From Schizochytrium sp. TIO01 (Eukaryota; Protista; Bigyra: Labyrinthulomycetes), in assembly GCA_004764695.1 (NCBI GenBank), contig SMSO01000031.1:5435594-5499593 (forward strand): 64,000 bases of DNA. The letters are read 5' to 3'. The notes under the pieces were generated by a model that was given only the letters and a program-made list of their open reading frames with translations, had not been told where the DNA came from and did no database searches. The first letter of the stretch is position 1. Every line of letters starts with the position of its first letter. The position numbers and the translations under genes were made by a program. Shown here in pieces: positions 26,349 through 38,100 of this stretch.

Positions 26349-29300
26349 TCAAACAACGTTCATCCTCTCATCAGAAGGCAACGAAGAAGAGGAGTAGGTT
26401 TTTGCATGAGCAAAACTGCTTTCTGAAGATGTTGACTCAGCGTCCTCGTTTATACGGCTATTACGACATTTTGAAAGAAAAACACAACCAAAAGCAGCTA
26501 TTATAGCAAAGAATACAGTCGCTAGGACAGTTGTGCTTATTTCCCAGGCAGTAGGACCTCGCTTAACACTTTCTGAAAGGTTCTCAGATTGGGGTGGAGA
26601 TGATGCAGCAATTGTAGTTTCTACAGATCTGTAGGATATTTCTCCGTTTGAGAAGACAGCAACAGTCTTCTTAATCGTCACAGGAATGAAATCGCTTGAT
26701 AAGTCAATACTCCTAACTCTTGCCTCGCCGCCAGTCGTAGAGGTGTTTGTCTCACCACGGTGGTAGTCTTCGTGGTCATCATTCTCACGAGGGTCACCGC
26801 GGTGGTAGCCTTCACGGCCATCCTCACCATGGTCACCACGGTGGTAGCCTTCGTGGTCATCATCCTCACGAGGGTCACCGCGGTGGTAGCCTTCACGGCC
26901 ATCCTCACCATGGTCACCACGGTGGTAGCCTTCGTGGTCATCATTCTCACGAGGGTCACCGCGGTGGTAGCCTTCACGACCATCCTCACCATGGTCACCA
27001 CGGTGGTAGCCTTCGTGGTCATCATTCTCACGAGGGTCACCGCGGTGGTAGCCTTCACGGCCGTCCTCACCATGGTCACCACGGTGGTAGCCTTCGTGGT
27101 CATCATTCTCACGAGGGTCACCGCGGTGGTAGCCTTCACGGCCATCCTCACCATGGTCACCACGGTGGTAGCCTTCGTGGTCATCATCCTCACGAGGGTC
27201 ACCGCGGTGGTAGCCTTCACGACCATCCTCACCATGGTCACCACGGTGGTAGCCTTCGTGGTCATCATTCTCACGAGGGTCACCGCGGTGGTAGCCTTCA
27301 CGGACCATCCTCACCATGGTCACCACGGTGGTAGCCTTCGTGGTCATCATTCTCACGAGGGTCACCGCGGTGGTAGCCTTCACGGCCATCCTCACCATGG
27401 TCACCACGGTGGTAGCCTTCGTGGTCATCATCCTCACGAGGGTCACCACGGTGGTAGCCTTCACGGACCATCCTCACCATGGTCACCACGGTGGTAGCCT
27501 TCGTGGTCATCATTCTCACGAGGGTCACCACGGTGGTAGCCTTCGCGGTCATCATCCTCACGATCACCACGGTGGTAGCCTTCATGGCCATCCTCATGAG
27601 GGTCACCACGGTGGTAGCCTTCACGGTCATCATTATCACGGTCACCACGTTCGTAATCTCCATTTAGGCCGTGATTATGGTAGTCGCTGCGGTTGTAATT
27701 CCCATCAGGGCCGTGATGATGGTAGTTGGTGCGATTGTAATCTCCATCATGGTCGTGGTGATAGTCGCTGTGGTTGTAGTCTCCATCATGGTTGTGAAGA
27801 TGGTACTCGCTGCGGTTATAGTCTCCATCAGGGCCGTGGTGATAGTCGCTGCGGTTGTAGTCTCCATTATGGTCGTGATGATGGTACTCGCTGCGGTTAT
27901 AGTCTCCATCAGGGCCGTGGTGATAGTCGCTGCGGTTGTAGTCTCCATTATGGTCGTGATGATGGTACTCGCTGCGGTTATAGTCTCCATCAGGGCCGTG
28001 GTGATAGTCGCTGCGGTTGTAGTCTCCATCATGGTTGTGATGATGGTACTCGCTGCGGTTATAGTCTCCATCAGGGCCGTGGTGATAGTCGCTGCGGTTG
28101 TAGTCTCCATTATGGTCGTGATGATGGTACTCGCTGCGGTTATAGTCTCCATCAGGGCCGTGGTGATAGTCGCTGCGGTTGTAGTCTCCATTATGGTCGT
28201 GATGATGGTACTCGCTGCGGTTATAGTCTCCATCAGGGCCGTGGTGATAGTCACTGCGGTTGTAATCTCCATCAGGTCCTTGATGCTGGTAGTCGCGGTG
28301 GTGTTCATCACGATTATCAAACGCACCACGGTAGTGCTCGTCACGAATCATCATCGCCACCACGGTGGTGTTCATCACGATCATCATCGCCACCACGGTG
28401 GTGTTCATCACGATCATCATCATCGCCACCACGGTGGTGTTTCATCACGATCATCATCATCGCCACCACGGTGGTGTTCATCACGATCATCATCATCGCC
28501 ACCACGGTGGTGCTCGTCACGATCATCATCGCCACCACGGTGGTGTTCATCACGATCATCATCATCGCCACCACGGTGGTGTTCATCACGATCATCATCA
28601 TCGCCACCACGGTGGTGCTCGTCACGATCATCATCGCCACCACGGTGGTGGTTCATCACGATCATCATCATCGCCACCACGGTGGTGTTCATCACGATAT
28701 CATCATCGCCACCACGGTGTGCTCGTCACGATCATCATCGCCACCACGGTGGTGTTCATCACGATCATCATCATCGGCCACCACGGTGGTGTTCATCACG
28801 ATCATCATCATCGCCACCACGGTGGTGTTCATCACGATCATCATCATCGCCACCACGGTGGTGTTCATCACGATCATCATCATCGCCACCACGGTGGTGT
28901 TCATCACGATCATCATCATCGCCACCACGGTGGTGTTCATCACGATCATCATCATCACCACGGTGGTGTTCATCATGATCACCATCGCCACCACGGTGAT
29001 GTTCATCACGTTCATCATCATAATGATTGTTGGCTCCTTGACTTTGCGAATGGTTGTTGTCACCACCATGGTGGAATGCATGCAAAATGTCAAAGTTTTC
29101 TGCGTCCTTCGTGTTTACGGTAAAACCAAGGTCTCGAAGTGCGTTAACTGAAAGAACAGAAAGAGGAGAGATTCTACCATTGAGGTGCGAAGTCATGAGT
29201 TCTGTTCCCAAACTGTCCTCGTCCCAATGGAGTGCCCCGCTAGAGACATCATTCGAAAGAGGTACACTTGTAGCATCTGCATTATTCGAGACCACCATGT

Positions 29301-29835
29301 AACCTCGTACACCATACTTCCCATTGTACTTTGACCCAGTAGCAAGGCCTTGAGAGGTCCACATCGTTCCAAGACCTAGTATATGACCAATTTCATGTGC
29401 CAACAGACGGGTCGTGAAGAAGTCGTTATCAGTGATATAGGGTTTGAAGTCCTCTGCATCGAGAGTAATCACTCCAATGCGAGGGAAGAATGTCCCATCT
29501 GCCTCGGCATATACACATGGCTCGGCCTGAATTGATTTCGCGGCGGACTTGATTTGCAAAAGAACCCGAAGATTTGTCACAGACTCCCCTGCTTCAAACG
29601 ATTTTTCTACTTGGCAAAACTCTTGAATATTAGTCCTGCTTGAAAAGACAAGATCTTCGAGTTCTGTCAAGATAACTTTATTCCACATTGATGCTGCTTC
29701 ATCTAGAAAGTGTTGAATAGCTTCGTCATATCCATCGAGCTCATTTTCAACAATTTCGACATTAATGAAAGAGGCTTGTGCTAAGATCGTAGAGAAAAGC
29801 ACTACGATCGAACCAAAGTAGAGAGCTAAGCTCAT
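26349..29835 (-). CDS. Leishmanolysin/GP63-like (M8-type) zinc metalloprotease: signal peptide, protease domain, His/Asp/Arg repeat stalk, C-terminal TM helix; several apparent frameshifts in the repeats
   Basis: MSLALYFGSIVVLFSTILAQA signal, HEIGHILGLG zinc motif, and HWDEDSLGTELMTS third ligand/Met-turn. Repeats continue across ORFs 28771..29835, 27461..28432, 27298..27663 and 26349..27464. TM is ISTTVLATVFFAIIAAFGCVFL. Confidence 0.82.
26752..29025. repeat. Three consecutive coding minisatellite blocks (81-nt, 84-nt and 33-36-nt units)
   Basis: Units encode EGYHRGDPRENDDHEGYHRGDHGEDGR (about 26752-27640), DGDYNRSDYHHGPDGDYNRSEYHHHDHN (about 27670-28290) and DDDDRDEHHRGG (about 28300-29025). 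Confidence 0.95.
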
Positions 29836-31859
29836 GACCTTGTTCAGGTTATTACCGAGTCACTTGTCGCCAATGTTTCGGATTTGCTGAAGGTTGCAAG
29901 CTTGAAAATGTCATCAATAATGAATGTTCAAATATGGATGATCAGGTGATATCCTTCTCAGGTGAGCACATTTATTTTTCTCAAAATAATGAAAGTGACA
30001 TGGAAGGGCAAAATTGATGGTTAGACCCATCTGATGAACTTTTCTCGGGCCGCTTGACAACCTTTCAGCAAATATCACGCACTTAGGTGCATTGGAATCG
30101 CGTCATCATCAGGAAGGTATAAAGATCGCCTTCCGTTCTATGTTTGAATTCAACTTCCGAAGCTTCACTCTATAGATATCGATTGACCAATTCAGCAAAT
30201 TCAATTATTGAGCCATATTTTCCGTCGAAAGTATGTTCAGAGAGGTTCCTCAAAGCATGCCAGCCTTGAATTAACGCTTGAAGTGAAACCTTTTCAAGGG
30301 AGTCACAAGTTTTTTAGTCGTTCATATAACATGAATCAGCAAGCCACTCGATACTGATTGCTCTTATGCTTCGAAGTAACGAAAATACTATGCTAATTCT
30401 GCAGTGCCACTTCACCCAGGTGGTATTGTTCTAATATAGCTAGCTGTTCAGTGCTAAGAAAACATAATTTCTGAAGCCTACTGTTTCAAACCACTCAGAG
30501 ACTATTCTTAATTTATTTTAATTTGGCAAAACTCATATAGATATAATTAAACTTCACCAGAATATTTCCTCCAATTTTCCCAGAGACACCTGGTTTTGAA
30601 ATTTTTATTCGCCCGCTGCTACTTGTTTTCGTTGAAGTTCTCTCGAGAAAAGTGAATAAGTGTATTTTATTCCCCATGCTTACTTCAAAAAAAAAATATT
30701 TTGTTCTTTTATTCATTCGTTTTTCAACTTTCATGCTTTATATGTGATTTAAAAGAAAAAAAGAAAAAAATAGAAACGAGCTCTTAAACCACAGATGCTG
30801 CACATAGAGGCATATTCCCCTCAGCATGAAGAGTTGCACTCCCACAGTGCGCGCGCAATGCACGGGTTCACTCTTCAAGCATAAGCATATTCACGAGACG
30901 TATTACCCCACATTCGCAAGGTTAGCACGTGCTTGATGCTCAGTAACTTCCAACTGGACCTAAAAATTTATTTGTGGTCTGGTCACCCCGTACATTTCGT
31001 AGGTGCCATGGCCTGTTGACATATGAGTTGACCATATTAACTGTAATGAATTGATAGCTGCTAGTGCACGACCCAATGCACAATCATGCGCCAGAACCAA
31101 CAGAATTGAGACAACCGTGTTTATGATATGCATGAGATGCTAGTAGCGCGGAGGTACAAGCTCAACAACCGAGGGGACGGGTGACGCGGGTGGTAGATCA
31201 TCGTCAGGGCTCAGTGCGCCTGCGCGTGCATAATTCGCAGCCGTTGAAATATCCAACTGAAACCTTGATACCCTAAAGATAACTATTTCAATTGCAAAGC
31301 GAACATATGTTCTTTAAGTGAACGCACTCATGCAAAAATTTAGGCTGTATAAAAAAAAGAAAAAAATCTGCTTCAGCACAAACTGAGTGAGACAAGCCTG
31401 AAGATCTATGTTGTAAAGAACGAACTCTCTTGTATTACTTAGCAATTATAGGATATTTAAGTGTAAACTCTGATCAAACTCAGCTAAAGAATGAAATCCT
31501 TGATTGATTTCTCTGCAGCATGTTGCATTGGAGAATGTCAGTCATTTCGAGCCATGATGAAGTCACTACTGGGACGATAGACCATGGTAAAATGTACCTT
31601 GTCGGATAAATGAAAAACGAAGCCCCCTCCAAAAACTCCGAAAGGGGACATTGAAAATAATAGTATTAGGGGAAATATTCAGCTAGTTGTCTTGGCTAGA
31701 CCTAACCTTACCTGATCCTTCAGCGTGACATTGACCACTCAATATGCCTATATGTGGAACCTCAATAACCTTAATATCATCCTTTTCTCTTTCACATTCC
31801 TCGCCATTAATACTCCAGACCGTTATTTCATTCTTTCTATATAAAAAGTAACAACGCAG

Positions 31860-32410
31860 AAAGTAGCTTTCCTTCGAGTCTCTCTGGCCTCTGCCATGAA
31901 GACAAAAGCTTCCTTGCAGGCTTTCTGTTACGGAGTGCTTTGTGTGCCTTTGTTGAAATACAAGCTGATGCCGAGCAACAGTAAAGTTAGTAAACAGCAA
32001 ATCTGCTCTTTTTTCGACAAAACAAAACATATAACTTTCTCAACAAGTGATGAATTTCTGTTTTAGATTGACACTACTGAGAAGGAAAACTGACACAGCA
32101 CTACGTCATGACTTCGCAAAACTCAAAGGAACACCTTCATGACAAGACCATGGTGACGTGCCAGTCAACATAGTGATGTGTCTATGTCACGGAAGGAAGG
32201 GGACGAAGCAAGCCTCAAAATGAGTTTGCAAGACAATCCGACGAGGTTAGTAAAGCTATAGGTCCTCTACCCTCTTATTTGAGTTGAAGCATGTGCCTTT
32301 TGAGCAATCGATTATTTATTCTGTGAATATTACAAATCTTGTGTGCATGATAAAGAAATGCCTCATATTTCTTTCCCAAGCACGAAAGTATCCGACATGA
32401 TTGAGAAATT
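31860..32410. repeat. Dispersed repeat family B, copy 1 (~550 bp)
   Basis: Colinear with 63365-63897: agtaaacagcaa.tctgctcttttttcgacaaaaca, gaccatggtga, aacatagtgatg.gtctatgtca, aaaatgagtttgcaag, tttctttcccaagca, gacatgattgaga. Confidence 0.9.
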
Positions 32411-35130
32411 CCAGACCTGTCTTACATAGGTTAATGTGTATAAGTATTTGCTTTAATCTAGTTTACATTAAGAAAAAATGAAATTTTACACTGTTTTTTA
32501 GTTGTGGTGTTCCTTATTATTGAGTTATGCAGGTCAGAAAAGAACATCCTAAATCGGAACTGGTGTACCTGTTGTTTATTGTACAGCTTGCAGTTCTGTG
32601 CTGGAAGAAAAAGTCACACTTCTTTACTTCAAGATGTTCCTTTGCATGTCCAATTCACACCGATATAGTTTGGCTCTCTCCTTCAGAAGATTCTTCCTTT
32701 CACAGATGCAAGATGTTCTACGTTCATGATTCATTGAAGCAGCTGTGTATTTCCTGAGAAACAACAACGAGCTAATTCCCCAAGCTTGAGACAAGAAAGA
32801 AAGTTGCTGGGTACTACTATTCCTATTGAGTTAACCACCTAGATAGAATATCTAGTGTTACAAAGTTGACTATAACGAGAAGTGCGTATAAAAGCAAATG
32901 AAGGAACTAGCCAAGCACGGTTGTGCGCATTCTGTTTGGCTGTGTACTCACATGTGTCTCAACTGCTTTGAAACTGACTCGAACAGCAACCTTAATGTAT
33001 GTTTGAAGAAAAACACAATCTTCAGTGGGCGCACAACACTACACCATCACAGAGATCTCGTGGGAGATGCAAACCGCTTAACACTTTTGTTGACACTCTA
33101 AGCACATGTTGATTAAATTTGCGTGTTCCCCTCTTGGAGGCATATTGCAAGTTAGCGTGAGGCGATCACCAAGAGATAGCGTAGGTAGAGAAATGAAGGA
33201 AAAGAAAAGTTAGAATTAATATTCAGGAACTGCTGACAAGGCCCATTGTCAAAGTCTATAGGCTTTGGTCTTGTCTTCGGCACATTGAGATGATCCGTTC
33301 GACACATAACTGTAAAACTTCGATAAGGCATAATTAAGTAGAGTCAATAGTTTCTTTCAACAGATGAATCAGAATGTAGTAATTTTAAATTCATCATTGT
33401 AGAATATGTCTTTGAACACTGCTAAAGCTTATCATGTGGGATTCTATTAAGTCAAGTAGCCAGATTAAAATATGCAGTTCATGGGGCGCAGCAAAATTTG
33501 TATCATCTGTGCTGAGATTACCAATCAAAGAGTTCTGTGGAGAAGAGTCATTGTCACACTATTAAAAGTCCTCGTAGTCTAGGACTTGAAAGAATATGAC
33601 TATCAGATACGAAGGAGTGAGACCAAGGAAATTCATAAGTGAATGTGAAATACACAACCAAAGACTTGTGTTGAACAAGCGAGCTAGCCTAACCCCTTGA
33701 GCTCTGAGTTTTAACAGTCTTAGTCTCATACTCAGGGTATGAACTGTCCCACTTGTTCAATATCTTTACGCAGCAGCAGCTAATCATTTACTAGGAAAGT
33801 AAATCCTTGAATGCACAAAACTCTTGAAGTTTTGGTGCTGAGTGTTCATCTCCAAGGTTTGAAATCGCTAACTGTGTACGCCGAAGCATAAAAAGATGCC
33901 TCCATCTTCCTATATAACCTCTGGCTGCTTAGAGATCATTTTTAATAGCCTCCTCCTATAGCGATTATGCATTTACTTTGTAGCTTCTGTGGTATCCACA
34001 ATTCTATCATTGTCTCGCAATCTCAGATTGATGGAGTAAACTAATTCCCTTATCACTCTGTGTGTTCTTGCAATGCTCTCTTCTACAAAATCTTTGAAGA
34101 ACAACTTAAAGAGGCGATCAGGAAGGCAATGTTTTGCCTTTGGAGGTTCGTTGAGTCAACTTTGTTCTGAGAGTTTAAGATGTGGAAATTGAATGTTTTC
34201 CTTGAGAAGAGTCCATGCTTCGAATAGTAAATCTGGATGCAGGGCATATCAAGATTAAAGAATTTCGAGGATTACATAACTGATGGTTTCATTCCAGCTT
34301 TCAAAAGTTGTCTGGAGTGCAAAGGCATGCGTTCAGGGTCTAACCTTTACGATTGATTTGTTGTGTAATATTAAATAGTGACCAAGATAAAGCGAATCTC
34401 TTTATTACCCAGGTTGTCATAGGTCCGGAGAAAGGTTGTGTCTGTAAAATTACTCTTGCTCCTGCCTTTGATGGAGTTCTTTTGCAAATTGGAAAAGCCC
34501 AGCACCTCGCAACCGTAATATCATGGTGTTATATGTTTGATAGGACTGTACAATAAGAAGTTGCGTATTACAGGCCCTCTGATGCTAGGACTGTGCAGAA
34601 TTTAAATTACAAGGAGGTGGGGGAAATCGTCAGGTTAAGGGTTTCAGTGCTGTTAGAAGAACTTCATTTTGGCTTTTGATGAAAACATAAAGAAGTAGTT
34701 GCTTTCTAAAATGAGTACTACTGAGGACTGCCAAAGAGATTTAAATAAAAAGAATTTTTGAGTTTATAATATATAGTTTCTGATATTTTGCGGTGTTGCT
34801 GAATGAACTATCGAAGGAACGGAGAGAGTAAAACTAAGAAAAATTTTGTACCCCATAATAAAGTAAATATGTTCCTTGGCCTGGAAAAATAAAGTTAAGA
34901 AAGAATATATATCATGAGTCAAATGTTAACAAACCATTACTCTGGTCTAGTTTATGTTAAATTTATGTTAAGTTTTAGTACTTCCCCTCACGAAGAACCT
35001 TGCATGAATACACATTATAAATTTTGATCCTGTTGGCAGACGTCGGTACTATCTGGAAAAGAGCAATTAATTTCTTGCCTTCTAGTCAACGGCGCTTAAG
35101 CAAAAGCTAATCATTAAAGATTCGATTAGT

Positions 35131-38100
35131 TTATTCCAATTTAAAATTTGCGCCAACAATATCTGGTGTTAGCAAAGGTGATAATAAGTCTTTCAGAACG
35201 AGTCGAAGATTTCTATCCTGAGTTCTTGCATTCCAGTACTCACGCAGACGTTCTGCGCGGAGCAACTGCCACGCCTCACGAACCTGCTCAAATGAATCAG
35301 CGAAATGTAGATCTTGCCCAAGTCTTCTTGAACAGGTTCTCACATGAGCATGACAAGCATCTGCATCCTGAGAACTATAGCCAAGACACCAAGCGCAGAA
35401 GTGATGACCACAAGCACGATTAATACACTCTACAGCACAGCAATCCTCGAAATCGTCCACATAAGCGTTACAATTCGGACAACATGTGCTCAAGATCTTC
35501 TCTTGAATATGAAGTAAATGCCGCTGTGCGTCACTGTTTTGTTCATCTATACGTAAAACTTGTGCTATGCGCCTTTGGATCTCTTTCTCCGCCCAAACTG
35601 CTGCTTCGTTTTCTGCCTTCATCTTCGCAATCAACAATAGATGATTCAAAGCACTTGGTGCAAGACGGGTGATTTCTTGACCTGATATTCTTCCACCACA
35701 TTCAGGTTTCATGCATGCCATCGTTCCATCAGCATCCACTCTTACGTTAGCAAGTGGTTGTGCCGCCGCTTCTACTGCAGTTTCGATACAGTCTCTGCAA
35801 AGGAAGTCTCCCTCCTCGCAGCTCGTGCCCTCGGAAAGCAGATGCTCCTCCATGCACACTAGGCACATCTTGACAGGGATCTTAGGAGCTCCAAAAGCTT
35901 CATGTTGGAGTGCTTGGCGAGCGGTTGGACGCTGCCCAGGGTCTGTTGCTGTAAGAACATCGATAAGTTTCTGCATTGCAGCGGTTCGCTCAGTAGGATA
36001 CAACTCCTTTAAGCTTATGCCCACAGAGTACATATCCATCGCTGTTTCAAACCTATCTACAGGCCCATTCTGCAACTCGGGGCAAATGTAGCGTGGCGTT
36101 GCCTGGAGTGATGTGTAAGTTGCAGTGTAGTCCGCGACCTTGATGCCGTCAAAGTCGCCGATCAATGGTGTCCCGTTGCTTGTGAGAAAAATGTTTTCTG
36201 GTTTGATGTCACAATGCACAATGCCGTGGGTATGTAAATCCGCCACACCGATAAGCAGGCCCATAGCAAGTCGGTCGCGCGCTGCTTTACCTTCGTTAGG
36301 ATGACTCTCAATCCACTTGGCAAGGTCACCTTGCTCGTAGAAAGGCATGACGATACAGCCACGCGGTTCTCCATTAGAGGTATCCACAAAAGCGCCAGTA
36401 ATACGTATCACGTGCTGAGACACCACTTTGCCCATATTTGCAGCTTGCCTGTAAAATATTTTGTGTTGGCTCGAATGGCCGAGTTGAAATTGTTTCAAAA
36501 CCATAGTTTTACCAACGTTGTCAAGAACCTTTTGTACTCTCTTGCCACCTCTGGAAGCAAGGGGCTCGCCGACAGGTTTGAAGTCCGCAACTGTGACATT
36601 CGTTAACCAAAGGTCAGAACATGCTACTTCAAAAACACCCTCTGCACTTACGTGAAGCCTTTCCAGCCAGGCTCTATCTTGCAGCAATTCTGGATAATGT
36701 TCCTGCGCATGTTGCAGAGTCTCAGCAAGCTTATGACGAAAAGCTTTGCTAAGCTCGATAGGGTTGCCTTGAGAGAGGATGAGCTCTTGTTTCTTGATAC
36801 GATTTCTAAAATATGCTTGCACTTCCTCGTCCAAGTCCTCTGTTTCAAGTTCTTCTTTGGCTCTCTTCAAACTTTCTGTGGCTTTCCTCGACTTGTCAAG
36901 TTTCTGGTATAATGCTTCCACATCTGAGACAGAAGGTTCTTTCAAACCCAGTACTGCATAGTCATACAGATTAGAGAGCTCTGTTGGTGTGCACTTGCTT
37001 GCATCATTCAACACTGTGCTTTCAGAGTATCCTTCAAATCGAGCAAATATTGAACTTATCACGCAAAGTATTTCGGACAATTGGACACGAAATGTATCTC
37101 CTTGTAGAGCTTCGATCTCTTCCTTAAGAGCACTATCGAGTTCAGACAACTCCGGTTCTAGCTTCATGGCCTGCTCAGGTGTTCTCAGAGCAACCCATAA
37201 TCCATCACCAAGTTCGAGCTCAGACAATCGAGAGATGACGCGTTTTACAGCTAGTTGGCTTCGTTCACCAATGTTGTTGAGTTGGCCTTCTCCACTCCTC
37301 TTGTACCCTTCCACGCATTGGATAGCCTGAACAACGAGTTCTTGACAGTGTTTGAAGTCATCTGTGCTGGTCTCTTCATCGACTGGTGCAAGGTTGATCT
37401 TTAGATCTTGTACCAAACTTTCAACTCTCACTTTGAATTCTCGCACTGCACTCTCATCACTTTCGCAAAAGTTGCCGCGAACCCATGGGTGCACAACCTG
37501 CAAAAGTGAATGCAGGTGCCTCCGTTCGGCGTTTCGCTTTTCGATGAGGCTGGGCAAGCCATTTGCAGAGCTTGCACGAATCTGGTCTTGTAGCGCGTCA
37601 AGACACTGTTTGGAGTTCTTGATGTCAGCGGAAACCTGTCGCAACTTCACTTGGCCAAAGTAGCCCTGGATCGCCGATCCTACGAATTCCTCAAGCAAGG
37701 CAATCCCAGTCTGCAGGGAGTTCCCTCTGACCCCGCCTTGGTCCGCGCGCAAGTCCGAGACTTTCTTGGCAAGCTGCACCACATCAGCGAAACTCACGCT
37801 CGCTCCATCTGGCCGTTCTCTGAGGCGAACAAGAAGACGTAAGCAAACGAGCAAAATGATGTTGAAGCAGCAACAAAAGCAGACGCAAAAGTTAGGATAC
37901 CCTTTATCTCAATAACACAATTCGTGGAATGAATAATTACACGATCTCAACAAAGACTGACCGCATGAACTTACCCAGATCCACCCAAAGTAGCAGGCCC
38001 GGCGCCATCAATGCCGTCTTGCTCGTTCTTGGGCTCTGCAGAAGGCTCGCTCTCTGCTGCCTCTATGAAAGAATCGGAATCGGTATCTGACGAGGAGTCG

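Noticed and set aside
26678-29151. Long Val/Thr/Met-rich and His-rich ORFs in alternative frames and on the plus strand
   Set aside because: Shadows of stop-free coding minisatellites. Only the frame continuous with the protease and TM parts is credible.
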